Part shown: piece by piece, positions 26,553-36,205 of the stretch | Layout of the letters: the number at the start of each line of letters is the position of its first letter | Numbering within the stretch: the first letter of the stretch is position 1 | NCBI GenBank assembly: GCA_027001995.1 | Contig: JALTLO010000068.1 | Location: 1-57,737 of the forward strand | Source of the DNA: Planctomycetota bacterium | GTDB lineage: Bacteria > Planctomycetota > GCA-002687715 > DRQF01 | DNA: 57,737 nucleotides | Direction of reading: 5' to 3' | Program-made: the position numbers and the translations under genes | Notes under the pieces: generated by a model | What the model was told of the DNA's origin: nothing | Seen by the model: the letters and a program-made list of their open reading frames with translations, nothing else | The model's database searches: none

Positions 26553-29500
26553 TTCTCTGCTCTCCAGAGCATCGTGTTGACATGGTCACCATGATCACCG
26601 GGGTTCGTCAGCAAATAGAGGCGATTTCTCCCTCCATCCAATTGGTAGGTGATCGAATAGCCATTGGCGCTTCTTTTGACCTCATTCCACTTGATGTGAC
26701 CGGCGGCATTATTCGTTGCTACGACTTTGGTGGCTACATTGGTGGTCATGCGATAGGCACCCTCCGCCACCAAGAGTTCAATCATCTCGGCAAAGATGGC
26801 AGGATCAAAAGAAGATTCGTTCTGAACACCCAGATGAATGTAGTTCTCGGGGCGTGTGCTGGTGGGCATCAAGAAATTGATGTTCCGTCCAGTTTGGTGG
26901 GTCTTATGATCGGCTGCGCCATCATGGTCGTAGTCCATGAATCCTCCGTAGCGCGCAGAAATTTCATCAATCCCCAAGCGAGGACCTTTTGGATAACGCT
27001 CACCCCACCGTTGGACGATGCGATCAGCGAAACACAAGGTCTCTGCATCACCCCAATTGTTGGTGTGGAGAATTCCCATTTTCTTGGTCCAGGCGGCACG
27101 TTCTTGAACGAGTGCACCGTAGTAGAATCCTCGGCCACCGTCAGCCAACTGCAAGTAACCCGCCTCACTGACGACGGGCTCACCATTTTCTTCGACCACG
27201 AAGATGGGCGGCGCCGGGTGGGTGACACCAACCTTGGCATCACGGGGGAGGTCTTCAAACAAGACTCCTGGCACCGGGCTAACCTTACCTGTATCCTTCT
27301 TGCTGGACTTGTTTGGTTTCTTGGGCTTGGGATAGCCTTTAGTCGTTGTCTCCACTGTAGATTCGTAGCGGTGAATGATGACGCCGTTTCGATTGCCTTT
27401 GAGGACCAAAGAACCTTGAGGGCGGAACCAAGGTTGTTCAAAAACGACAATCGGTCGAGCGGCAAACGGCCGTTTGTGGCTAGCTGGATAGCCAACAATG
27501 GACAACTTCAAACTCTCCCCCGGAAGTATGCCGCCGTCGGGAATGTAGTTATCTTGAACCAAGCGTTGAGGTAGAACTTTGCCATCTTCGTCTTCCCACA
27601 TGATCATGAAGTCAGAAGCGTGCTTCCAATAGCCTCCTTGGATGGCCGTTGTCCCAGTGTTCTTGACTTCTATATCGATCATAAACGGCCTGTTGGGCCA
27701 CACCTTCTTTGGCATGGTCATCGACGTCACTTCCAAACCGAATTTGCCGTGATCTTCGATCCGAGCGGACCAAGGCAGAAACTCAAGACGACGTTTGGCG
27801 AGCCTCTTATCCTTAGGCAGAGGTGCTTTCTCAGCGATCTCATTGAGGAGTGCTTTCGCCTCATCGCGACGATCAAGTAGGTGAAGATAGCGAGCTTTCC
27901 GAAGACGTAGAGCCGCATTATATCTGGAGTTGGCCGCCAGGGCCTTGTCTATGGTGATCATCGCTGGAGCAAATGCGCGATTGGTAATCTCAAGCGTAGC
28001 CTCCCACTCGAGCCGTACAGCCTCCCGGGCAGCGTCAAGTTGCTCTTTGCTGACACCAGCTTTCTTCAGGGAGATTTGAGCGTGGTCCCGAACAGTGGGG
28101 TCGCCGCAGGCAGCCAAGAGATACATGATCCATTCCGCGTTTGCATCTCCTTTCATGTCACCCACAACTTCCGCCAGTGCATATTGAATAGGTTTCGGAC
28201 GCCAGCGCCCTTCCATCAAAAGGTCCCGAAAGAAATGGCCCAAGTGAGGTGACTTAAATCCGGGGAGAGCCTGAATCATCTGGCCCACAATCTTCCAACT
28301 GGGTGATGTCAATGATGACGCCAACCAAGGAAGAGCTGCTGGGTCACCGATGTGAGCCAATGCAACAGCCGTCGCTGGTGCGTCGGTGCCGGGGGTCTTA
28401 AGTCCCATTCGCAGGATTTCTGGGCGATAAGAAATGCCTTGGTGGGCCAAGCCGGCAATAGCAAGGCTTCCTTCACGCCCGCCCTTCTTGGCGATTTCCC
28501 GCAAGAACGACTGAGAGCCGGGATGCCTAATCCTGGCAACAAAATCGAGGCACTGAGTTCTTCCTCTGGAAATGGACGCTTTGTAATAAGCAGCAATCAT
28601 GTCTTCGGATATGGACTGTGCTCCACCATCTCCCAGACATAGCAGAACATCAGAGGTCAAGTTCCCGACGTAGTCAAACAAGAGGGAATTTACTATTTTG
28701 CCACCCTTGGTGACCTCCCTCACATCCTTGCTGCCGAGTAGGCGAATGCCTTCAGCAAGAGCATTCTTGAAAACGGTAACTGGGTCTTCTTTCTTCTCGC
28801 CCGCTTTCAAATGGTAGGAGTCTATCTTGTCGTTCATGGCAGCCATGAGTCCGCCAAGCTTTTCGAACAAGCTACGGTTCTTGGCCACCAAGTTTCGTTT
28901 CTCGCCAGGATCTGCCTTGAGATCAAAGACCTCGTAGCTACGTTTTTGAACCGCGTGAATGAGCTTCTCGCGTCCGCGAATCAACATACGCTTGGTATTG
29001 GTATCTTTACCGCCTACAGCGACGAAGTGATCGGCGTAGGCCAATCCGAGATCGCCCTTACCACCGGAGAACATGACAGGAAGTAAGTTTCTTCCATGGC
29101 GAGGCTCAGGATCTTTGACATTGAGAAGGGCCGTCAGAGTAGGCACGACATCGACCAAACTCACAGTCGTGTCAATGTGTTTTCCTTTCACTCCTGGAAC
29201 ACGAATGAACAAGGGAACTCGGATTTGTTCTTCATAGAGGGAGGTGTTGTGGTCCCAACCGGCGTGCTCGCCAAATTCTTCACCATGATCAGCGAACATG
29301 ACAACAATTGTGTGATCGAGGTCGCCGCGCTTTTCGAGATGATCAAGAAGTTCCCCAGCCTGGCTGTCCGTCCAAGCGATCTCGGAGTCATAGCGGTCAA
29401 TAGCATCATCGCCGAAATCGAATCCGTCCCACTTCTCGTAGTTTCCGTGAGGGTCCAGGTAGTGGGCCCACAAGACAAAAGGTTTGCCATTGTTTTTGTC

Positions 29501-30853
29501 AACCTGACTCTTAGCGGAGGCAGTGATCTGATTGGCTTTGGCGGCATCTGCCCGTTGATCCGGGTTGTATATGTCGAATCCCCGACTCAAGAGGCCAAAC
29601 CAATTGTCGTCCTTGGCGTTGCTAGCATTGAAAGCGTTGACAGCGATAGTATTCCAGCCTCGCTTCCCCAGAAGACCAGCGAATGGGATGTCGTCGCTAA
29701 AAGACCAGCCTTTCTTCTTGATACGACTATAGACCGGATTGGCCCGGGCATAGAGCCCGGTAAACAAACTCGAATAAGAAAAACTACTGGTTGGATAAGC
29801 TGAGTAGGCATAGTCAAAGACAAAAGCATCTGCGGCCAATTTGTCGATATTGGGCGTGGTGTTCCTGTCGTATCCGGTGAATCCACAATGGTCAAAACGC
29901 AAGGTATCAATGGCTAAGAACAGAACATTGTATTTCTTCTTAGGGTCAAGTTGATCCTGAAACCATGCGTTCGCTATCCGCTCAGCCTCGACCTCATTGC
30001 CCGGCAATTCCCCAGCCGGTGGCTCACTCAAAGTCAAGGTTGCCGCCTTCTTCCAACAATCAAAAACCTGGCTACTGATGCCGAAGAATTCTTGGACCCC
30101 CTGGCCCCGGGACGCCACGGCGCTTCCCACAGAAATATTCAAATCAGTGGTGCGCAAATGAGCTGCCCCTAAACAGGAGCCCAAGGCGACAACCAAGAAG
30201 ATCTTGGACAAACCCGACCGGCGGGCCAAGTAGAGAGCTGGCCCCACCACCATGACGATAGCACCCAAAGCCACCATCTGGGTGTGAAGCATCGGATAAA
30301 GCCCAGGGAAACGGACCACGTTCTGCCACAAAGCAAGAACGGAGACGAATCCCAAGAAAAGAGCGAAGGCCAAGGACTTTGGCCCAGAGCATTCAGTCTT
30401 GCGAATGAGTATCAAAAGCACTTTGATGCCAATACCAATTGCCAAGATACCGACGATCCGAAATCCAGCGATGATCATGGTGATCTGAGCGTGTTTCGAG
30501 ATACGACCACCGTCAAAAGTGTGAAGATTAACGTAGACGAAACCGGCGGAAGCTATGAGGAAAAGTATGAAGGCTGCTTGGTTCCTTCTCTTCAACGCCT
30601 TCCCAACGACCATGCCAAGAAGCCCAATGATAGCCATGGCCAAGCCCGCGAGAATTCCGAACATGACAGAGGAGCCAACGATCAAGACGCCGAGGCCGAG
30701 AGTCTCTGTGGCATCAGCAAGTTCAGGCCCTGGAATCGTGTATCCAATGGCAAAGTCGATAAGCCCAAAGAGAAAACTTCCGATGACGGTGGCCGCGACA
30801 TAGAGACCAATTGCCCCACAGCAGGGCCCGGCTTGTTCAGATTTCGACAGCAT
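26549..30853 (-). CDS. Multidomain membrane protein: TM region, alkaline-phosphatase-superfamily (sulfatase/LtaS-like) domain, HEAT/TPR repeats, Ig-like domain and degenerate MepA-like C-terminal domain
   Basis: About 7 TM helices. NVLFLAIDTLRFDH, AYPTSSFSYSSLFTG, HYLDPH and FADHGEEFGEH. Helical repeats follow. C-terminal WGDAET...IDEISARYGG...HKTHQTGRNINF...HGDHVN. Confidence 0.8.
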   Translation of the reverse strand: MLSKSEQAGPCCGAIGLYVAATVIGSFLFGLIDFAIGYTIPGPELADATETLGLGVLIVGSSVMFGILAGLAMAIIGLLGMVVGKALKRRNQAAFILFLIASAGFVYVNLHTFDGGRISKHAQITMIIAGFRIVGILAIGIGIKVLLILIRKTECSGPKSLAFALFLGFVSVLALWQNVVRFPGLYPMLHTQMVALGAIVMVVGPALYLARRSGLSKIFLVVALGSCLGAAHLRTTDLNISVGSAVASRGQGVQEFFGISSQVFDCWKKAATLTLSEPPAGELPGNEVEAERIANAWFQDQLDPKKKYNVLFLAIDTLRFDHCGFTGYDRNTTPNIDKLAADAFVFDYAYSAYPTSSFSYSSLFTGLYARANPVYSRIKKKGWSFSDDIPFAGLLGKRGWNTIAVNAFNASNAKDDNWFGLLSRGFDIYNPDQRADAAKANQITASAKSQVDKNNGKPFVLWAHYLDPHGNYEKWDGFDFGDDAIDRYDSEIAWTDSQAGELLDHLEKRGDLDHTIVVMFADHGEEFGEHAGWDHNTSLYEEQIRVPLFIRVPGVKGKHIDTTVSLVDVVPTLTALLNVKDPEPRHGRNLLPVMFSGGKGDLGLAYADHFVAVGGKDTNTKRMLIRGREKLIHAVQKRSYEVFDLKADPGEKRNLVAKNRSLFEKLGGLMAAMNDKIDSYHLKAGEKKEDPVTVFKNALAEGIRLLGSKDVREVTKGGKIVNSLLFDYVGNLTSDVLLCLGDGGAQSISEDMIAAYYKASISRGRTQCLDFVARIRHPGSQSFLREIAKKGGREGSLAIAGLAHQGISYRPEILRMGLKTPGTDAPATAVALAHIGDPAALPWLASSLTSPSWKIVGQMIQALPGFKSPHLGHFFRDLLMEGRWRPKPIQYALAEVVGDMKGDANAEWIMYLLAACGDPTVRDHAQISLKKAGVSKEQLDAAREAVRLEWEATLEITNRAFAPAMITIDKALAANSRYNAALRLRKARYLHLLDRRDEAKALLNEIAEKAPLPKDKRLAKRRLEFLPWSARIEDHGKFGLEVTSMTMPKKVWPNRPFMIDIEVKNTGTTAIQGGYWKHASDFMIMWEDEDGKVLPQRLVQDNYIPDGGILPGESLKLSIVGYPASHKRPFAARPIVVFEQPWFRPQGSLVLKGNRNGVIIHRYESTVETTTKGYPKPKKPNKSSKKDTGKVSPVPGVLFEDLPRDAKVGVTHPAPPIFVVEENGEPVVSEAGYLQLADGGRGFYYGALVQERAAWTKKMGILHTNNWGDAETLCFADRIVQRWGERYPKGPRLGIDEISARYGGFMDYDHDGAADHKTHQTGRNINFLMPTSTRPENYIHLGVQNESSFDPAIFAEMIELLVAEGAYRMTTNVATKVVATNNAAGHIKWNEVKRSANGYSITYQLDGGRNRLYLLTNPGDHGDHVNTMLWRAEK

Positions 30854-30991
30854 AGTGAGTCTCGTTCCATGGAACTAGGGTGAACAACTCTTTAACACAT
30901 ACGGGCTCATACGAGCAATTCTACAGGACAGCCGAGAAAACAGGTGTCATAATTTGTATTGATGCAGGTGGCTACTCTGGTTTCCAAACGC

Positions 30992-32611
30992 TCAACAGCC
31001 CACCATTGAGGAGGAATCTCCGAGGCCACGAAAATGGTGCTGAGCGCGACCATCCTGCAATAAGCAGTGAATGTTCTCCAAGACCTCAGGTTCCAAGGGG
31101 CTGAGGCGCAAGGCGTCTGAAAGGTCGTTCAAGGCAGCTTGGTAGTCACCCATCCTGTGATTTATCACGCCCCGATCGTTGAGCAGTTCTGTCTGCCTCC
31201 GTCGGCCCATGGAGCCTTCCTTCAGCAGAGAATCAAGTATTCTCTTGGACGTGGTCCAATCCTGCCGAGACGCTGCTCCCAAAGCCGCGGTATGGTCTTC
31301 CGCGCCCTGAGGCCTGTCGCCCACCTCTTTCTGGGCTTGTTCCACTAAGAACTCAACGATCGGACCACAAGGATCTGCTGAGTTGCCAAAGTTGAGGACT
31401 CCCCGGGCATCATTTTGGGCCCCTATGTGCTGCTCTCTGAATCGAGAGTCATCCAACATCCTCTTGATTGCAACTCCCAAATCAGGGCCGTCAGCGAAAA
31501 CGACACCGTCAGATTCAAGAAACGTCGGCGACTCCCCCGCAATGAGGGGTATGTTGATTGTTGGCCTCTGAAGTTGAATCGCCGCGCCAACCACGGACGA
31601 CGAACCGACGGCGACAACGACATCTGATGCTTTGATCGCCAGGGAAACGTCACCGAGAGAAAGTGTCGGTTGAGTGCCGGCCATTTGGCTCATCCAATCC
31701 AGATAGGCGCGACCAACCAAATTGCGCTCTTCGTCCAACTGCCCACGTCTGTTGAGCTCAGTGGGATGGGGCCGAAGAAGAAAATGGACGTTCTCGCCAA
31801 CCATTTTCATGGCCTTCGCCAAGGCTTGATGAATTTCTACGTACCGAGCTGTCATTTGCTTGAAGAACGCGGAACCCGCTTCACTGTAACCACAGGTAAA
31901 TAGCACCACCTTCCCCCCAGTAGGAAGACCCAACTGCCACCTAGCCGCAGCGCGATTCGGTTCCTTGGCGTTTAAGAACATGGAGTGCCAAGTAGGAGAG
32001 CCAACCTTAACGATCTTGGCGGGATCATTGCCTAGGAGGAGCATATGCTCCTCAGCTCGATCTCCAAAGATCGCGGCGAAATCTGCATAGACGTGATCCA
32101 TATTCGCAGCATAGCTCAAGTGTTTCATCGAGCCATAGATCCCATGGGCGAGTTGAATCGTTGGAATTCCCAACTTGCGAGCATGCAAAACAAGAGTCCG
32201 TTGCGTGTGGCTGTTATCACACCCGAGGATGATTCCGGCAATTGGCCGCTGCCTACTGAGATTCTCCAAAGTTTCGATCTCACGGATTTGGTTCGACCGA
32301 AATGCCAGAAGATCGTTGAAGAACCGAGTCCCTGTGCGGGGAATGAAGCTCCCCCGAGGATGACAAAAAGCCTTACGCCCAGTCTCACACCCAATCACCT
32401 TTGTTGCATGGTCGGCAAATGTCGTCAGCTCCTGCTCGATAATCTTGTCGATGCCAGACGGCACAAAAGACTCCCAAATTTCGGCGCGAGGGATCAGACT
32501 CGAAAACGCTCCATTGGCTACGATACCGAAACCCCGTCCCTCCAAGAGCTGTCCAATGGGCGCGAACTCTTTGTTCTGAACATCAATGAAAACGAAGGTC
32601 GGTCTATCCAC
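30992..32611 (-). CDS. GT-B fold surface-glycan biosynthesis protein (CDP-glycerol/capsule-type) with C-terminal TPR
   Basis: Motifs GIPTIQLAHG, VGSP, LLRPHPTE and ASDVVV..SSSV. TPR-like LLNDRGVINHRMGDYQAAL. GTG start at 32611 follows AAGGAG and overlaps the upstream stop. Confidence 0.65.
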   Translation of the reverse strand: MDRPTFVFIDVQNKEFAPIGQLLEGRGFGIVANGAFSSLIPRAEIWESFVPSGIDKIIEQELTTFADHATKVIGCETGRKAFCHPRGSFIPRTGTRFFNDLLAFRSNQIREIETLENLSRQRPIAGIILGCDNSHTQRTLVLHARKLGIPTIQLAHGIYGSMKHLSYAANMDHVYADFAAIFGDRAEEHMLLLGNDPAKIVKVGSPTWHSMFLNAKEPNRAAARWQLGLPTGGKVVLFTCGYSEAGSAFFKQMTARYVEIHQALAKAMKMVGENVHFLLRPHPTELNRRGQLDEERNLVGRAYLDWMSQMAGTQPTLSLGDVSLAIKASDVVVAVGSSSVVGAAIQLQRPTINIPLIAGESPTFLESDGVVFADGPDLGVAIKRMLDDSRFREQHIGAQNDARGVLNFGNSADPCGPIVEFLVEQAQKEVGDRPQGAEDHTAALGAASRQDWTTSKRILDSLLKEGSMGRRRQTELLNDRGVINHRMGDYQAALNDLSDALRLSPLEPEVLENIHCLLQDGRAQHHFRGLGDSSSMVGC

Positions 32612-33032
32612 CCCTGATCTCCTTGGCTTCACGGGTACAGAAATGTGAATTCACATAGCAGGCAAGCTCTCGTTCCGTGGGTTCGCCTAAATTCGTACCG
32701 CGATAAGTCAGAAGATCCTTCCAAGCATCATCTTGGTGCCAGCCTTCAATGACTTGCGTCACCGATTGATTCACTGCTATGGCTTCCTTCTGGTCCAATT
32801 CTACAAGCCAGCGATTGAGGATGCGCTCAAAGGTTTCTGGGGTCACTTTGGACAGATCGCCACAATGGGGGCATTTCACCAGGCCAAAGGCCAGCCCACA
32901 AAAAGTCTGCTGGATGAATTCATGACTCCCCCCGCATTGAGGGCATGAAAGGACCAGACCCAGGCTGCTCATGTGCATCCAAACGTCCTGAATTCTTTCT
33001 AAATCGAATGTCGGAATTTCTTCCCAATCCAT
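32604..33032 (-). CDS. Small zinc-ribbon protein
   Basis: CPQC...CPHC pair and GAGGA ribosome-binding site. Translationally coupled to the downstream GT-B gene. Confidence 0.65.
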   Translation of the reverse strand: MDWEEIPTFDLERIQDVWMHMSSLGLVLSCPQCGGSHEFIQQTFCGLAFGLVKCPHCGDLSKVTPETFERILNRWLVELDQKEAIAVNQSVTQVIEGWHQDDAWKDLLTYRGTNLGEPTERELACYVNSHFCTREAKEIRGG

Positions 33033-33182
33033 CGGTTCCTCACGTCCAATAAAAACTTTCTCCGTGAATTTTTATCGACTTTCCACCCAGGGGACTTAAC
33101 CCGAATAGGGCGAACCAGGATAATGCATGAGATACGACCACTTTATGACCGATTCGGTGTTCAATCTACGACTCAGTCTCAG

Positions 33183-33193
33183 CCCCCCCCCCC
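33183..33193. repeat. C11 homopolymer tract in a divergent intergenic region
   Basis: Eleven consecutive C residues, read directly. Confidence 0.9.
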
Positions 33194-33466
33194 ATTGATG
33201 AAATCGTGGCCCAGATAAACGGCTCAGGCAGCATTCGGGTGCTACGCTGCCCACGGCGGTGGCGAATTCGCGATCTTTGGGGTTCGGTTCAGACACCTCC
33301 CTCTCTTGAGGATTCGACTCAAGAATTCATTCACTTCTTGTTGACTGATTTGGTTAATTCAGCAACAATGGTCTCTTCACCGCGCCGCAACTCAAGAATT
33401 CGAGACCCATGTTGCGGTCGAACGTTTGGCAATGATGCCAAGTCGTTTTGCCTTGGTTATTTATCT

Positions 33467-34555
33467 ATGACGACAACAAACCGTATTCGCCGCCACCTTC
33501 GTCTCTCCCGACGAGCACTTGCGAAGCGAAATGTGGGAACACCCCCATTCCTCATCCTGTTCATCAACTCCATCTGCAACCAGGCCTGCGATCATTGCTT
33601 CTACTGGCAAAACCTGAATCAACGAGATGACCTAACCAAAGATGAGTTATTTAGACTAGCAGAAAGCTTGGGCCCAATTGAAAACCTCAGCCTTTCTGGT
33701 GGCGAGCCTTTCTTGCGGCCGGAGCTGGGGGAAATTTGCCGGAAATTCGTGGACGAGACCGGTGTCAAGCGAATATACACTCCGACCAACGGCAGTTTTA
33801 CTGAGAAGACGATCACCCAGTTGCGGGAAGCATTCAAACATCCTGGACTCGAAAACTTCACCGTTGAACTCTCTCTTGATGGTCTTGAAGAAGCTCACAA
33901 TGCCATGCGCAAGGATCCTCAAGGATTCGCCAAGTCCATGCGTACATACGATGCCTTGGCGGAATATCAAAAAGAAGAACCACGCCTCGATATCCACTCC
34001 ATATCCACATGCACAGGAGAAAATGTCGATGAGATTGCTCAACTCAGTCAATTCTTAGTCGATCGATGCCCAGCCATGGCACACCACAACATTGCCATGA
34101 TTCGCGGCGAGAGAAAAAAAGCCACGCTCCAAGGGCCAAAACTCGAAGAATACCGGCGCTTAGTCCAAGAAACCAAACGCATTTGGCGCGTCCGGGGACA
34201 AGGTCGGTTCGGCGGCATAGTCGACCCGATGCTCCATTGGGGCAAAATCAGAGCTGCAGAGACCCAGACACAAGCTATCCCTTGCACCGCAGGGAAACTG
34301 ATTGGAGTCGTACACGCCAACGGAGACGTAGCCCTCTGCGAAGAGCGCGAGCCCATCGGTAATCTGCGCTCTAACACCTTCCCTGAAATCTGGAGTTCCG
34401 TCGCTGGTCAGCAACAACGATGTGCCATCAAGAACAAAGAATGCCATTGCACCAGTGAGGTCTTTATGTGGCCCAGCATTGTCTTTCAGCCAAAATCACT
34501 TGTTCGAGGCATGATTGGGGGCAAGGTTTGGAAACGCGGCGACAGTGGGTCTTGA
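33467..34555 (+). CDS. Radical SAM protein with SPASM/twitch domain
   Basis: CNQACDHC, SGGEPF and C-terminal CTAGK...GDVALCE...IGNL...CHC. Start placed at ATG 33467. Confidence 0.88.
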   Translation: MTTTNRIRRHLRLSRRALAKRNVGTPPFLILFINSICNQACDHCFYWQNLNQRDDLTKDELFRLAESLGPIENLSLSGGEPFLRPELGEICRKFVDETGVKRIYTPTNGSFTEKTITQLREAFKHPGLENFTVELSLDGLEEAHNAMRKDPQGFAKSMRTYDALAEYQKEEPRLDIHSISTCTGENVDEIAQLSQFLVDRCPAMAHHNIAMIRGERKKATLQGPKLEEYRRLVQETKRIWRVRGQGRFGGIVDPMLHWGKIRAAETQTQAIPCTAGKLIGVVHANGDVALCEEREPIGNLRSNTFPEIWSSVAGQQQRCAIKNKECHCTSEVFMWPSIVFQPKSLVRGMIGGKVWKRGDSGS

Positions 34556-34790
34556 GTCCATGTTTCCTCGTCAAACAAACACCCCGCTGAATTCCGGAAT
34601 GCCGTCATCGTTTCCATGAGAAATTGCTTGACGAAAATTATCGCAGATTCCTGGGATACATCTCGTAAATCGAATTCACTTCTTGGGCTGGCTGTTACGC
34701 CGCTCCTGAAGTTGCCTAAGCCCCGCAATCGACTTGCAAACCTAAGTCCACTCTAAGAATCCACTGCAGGAGGAAACGCATTCTCGCAGC

Positions 34791-34830
34791 TTGATCCTTT
34801 GATCCTTTGATCCTTTGATCCTTTGATCCT
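34791..34830. repeat. 8-bp tandem repeat (TTGATCCT) x5, intergenic
   Basis: Five perfect copies read directly; each contains GATC. Confidence 0.97.
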
Positions 34831-34997
34831 TGGACAACCTGTCAAAACTTAGGGTTCCCAGGCTTCTTGCGAGGCGCTCGAGATACTTTTGGAAGACGAA
34901 ACTGCCCGAAGGGATTCTGGCGACTTGACGACAGAGCGACACCGACCTAGAGTGAAAAGCCACCCAAGAATACCAGGACTTCCGACGGGGCCAAAAA

Positions 34998-36197
34998 ATG
35001 AAATTGTCTAGATTCAGCATCTACCAACTACTCGTGCTCTTCACTTTCACGTGCCACAGTTCAGCGGATGCCCAAAAACAAGAAATACAAACGGGGATAT
35101 CACCTTGGGTTACGGTATATGCCCAGCAGAAAGATTCCGTCGTCTACTTCATCTCCTACATCACAGACAAAGAAACAAGCACGATAATCGCAAAATCCCT
35201 GGATCGGAACGCCATAGAGACATTCCTGAAGAGTAGTCTTGCAAACAATCCGCACACGATCCCTCCGACTCATCCAAGTATCCCAAAGGAGGTCCAAGTT
35301 TTTCACTTCAAGGGAAAAGCTCCCGGGAGCACTGCCAAGTATGGCGCAATTTCCTACAAGTCGACGCTTCACCGTCATCGCATCTCCGTCCAGTTTGGCA
35401 AAACTCTTTACTATTCCGTCTACGATGGCAATGGATTCAGTAAGTGCTTCGCAATCCGAGGGCCTGCCGAAAAAGGAATAAAGGCGTTCCACGTTGGACA
35501 CACATCTAGCATCTACCGATGGAGAAGCCGCCGGGTCGACTATTTCCCCAAGGATCAACTAAGTATCATTGATCGCGGAAAGCCCAATGTTGTGTTGCAT
35601 TCAGGAGATTTCATGATTAGCCCCTACAACACGGTAGAGCTTCGACGAGAGACTCTCGATACTTTTGGTCAGTCACTTGGTAGCCTCCCTCTCCTGGTCT
35701 CTGCCTCGAACCATGATCAAGGATGGCCCCAGACTGACCTCGGTTCTGGGTGGATTTTTAGACACCTGCTCAAGTACCGATACGAAGACGGGACCCTCAA
35801 CCATTTTTGCGATTTTGGCCCTTTCCGGTTCATCATGTTGAATTACATGGAGATGTCTCGCAAGTCTCATCTGCCGAAAGTTATGAAGGCACTCGACAAA
35901 TGGACAAAGACAAAAAGACCAATTGTTCTCGTCTGGGGCGGATCGAAAAAAAATCTCTGGCCAGTAATTCAAGAATATGCGGCATCAAAGCCACAAATAC
36001 GACTCATTTTGGGAGGAGATGGTGCTTCACACGAAGTAATCAAGTTAAGAAACGGCGCGATCCAAATCCAAAATGGGGTCTTTGATGTAGTGGAGTTGGA
36101 CATGAATGCGAAGAGAATCGACATTGTGATCCATCGAAAGTTGAGAAGAAACAAGGATGTCCTCCTCTCAATCGAATGCAGTCCAAAGAGAAAGTAG
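34998..36197 (+). CDS. Exported purple-acid-phosphatase-like / metallophosphoesterase-fold protein with degenerate motifs
   Basis: Signal peptide and Fn3-like N-terminal region. KPNVVLHSGDF and SNHD motifs are present; other metal motifs are altered. Confidence 0.55.
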   Translation: MKLSRFSIYQLLVLFTFTCHSSADAQKQEIQTGISPWVTVYAQQKDSVVYFISYITDKETSTIIAKSLDRNAIETFLKSSLANNPHTIPPTHPSIPKEVQVFHFKGKAPGSTAKYGAISYKSTLHRHRISVQFGKTLYYSVYDGNGFSKCFAIRGPAEKGIKAFHVGHTSSIYRWRSRRVDYFPKDQLSIIDRGKPNVVLHSGDFMISPYNTVELRRETLDTFGQSLGSLPLLVSASNHDQGWPQTDLGSGWIFRHLLKYRYEDGTLNHFCDFGPFRFIMLNYMEMSRKSHLPKVMKALDKWTKTKRPIVLVWGGSKKNLWPVIQEYAASKPQIRLILGGDGASHEVIKLRNGAIQIQNGVFDVVELDMNAKRIDIVIHRKLRRNKDVLLSIECSPKRK

Positions 36198-36205
36198 TGC
36201 AGAAA

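Noticed and set aside
26582..27574. Long antisense ORF of 330 aa (similarly 56045..57019, 324 aa)
   Set aside because: Each lies wholly opposite a well-supported gene and has no recognisable motifs.
32604..32632. Possible frameshift splitting one gene into the zinc-ribbon and GT-B ORFs
   Set aside because: An AAGGAG site and a GTG start at 32611 overlapping the stop explain it as ordinary translational coupling.
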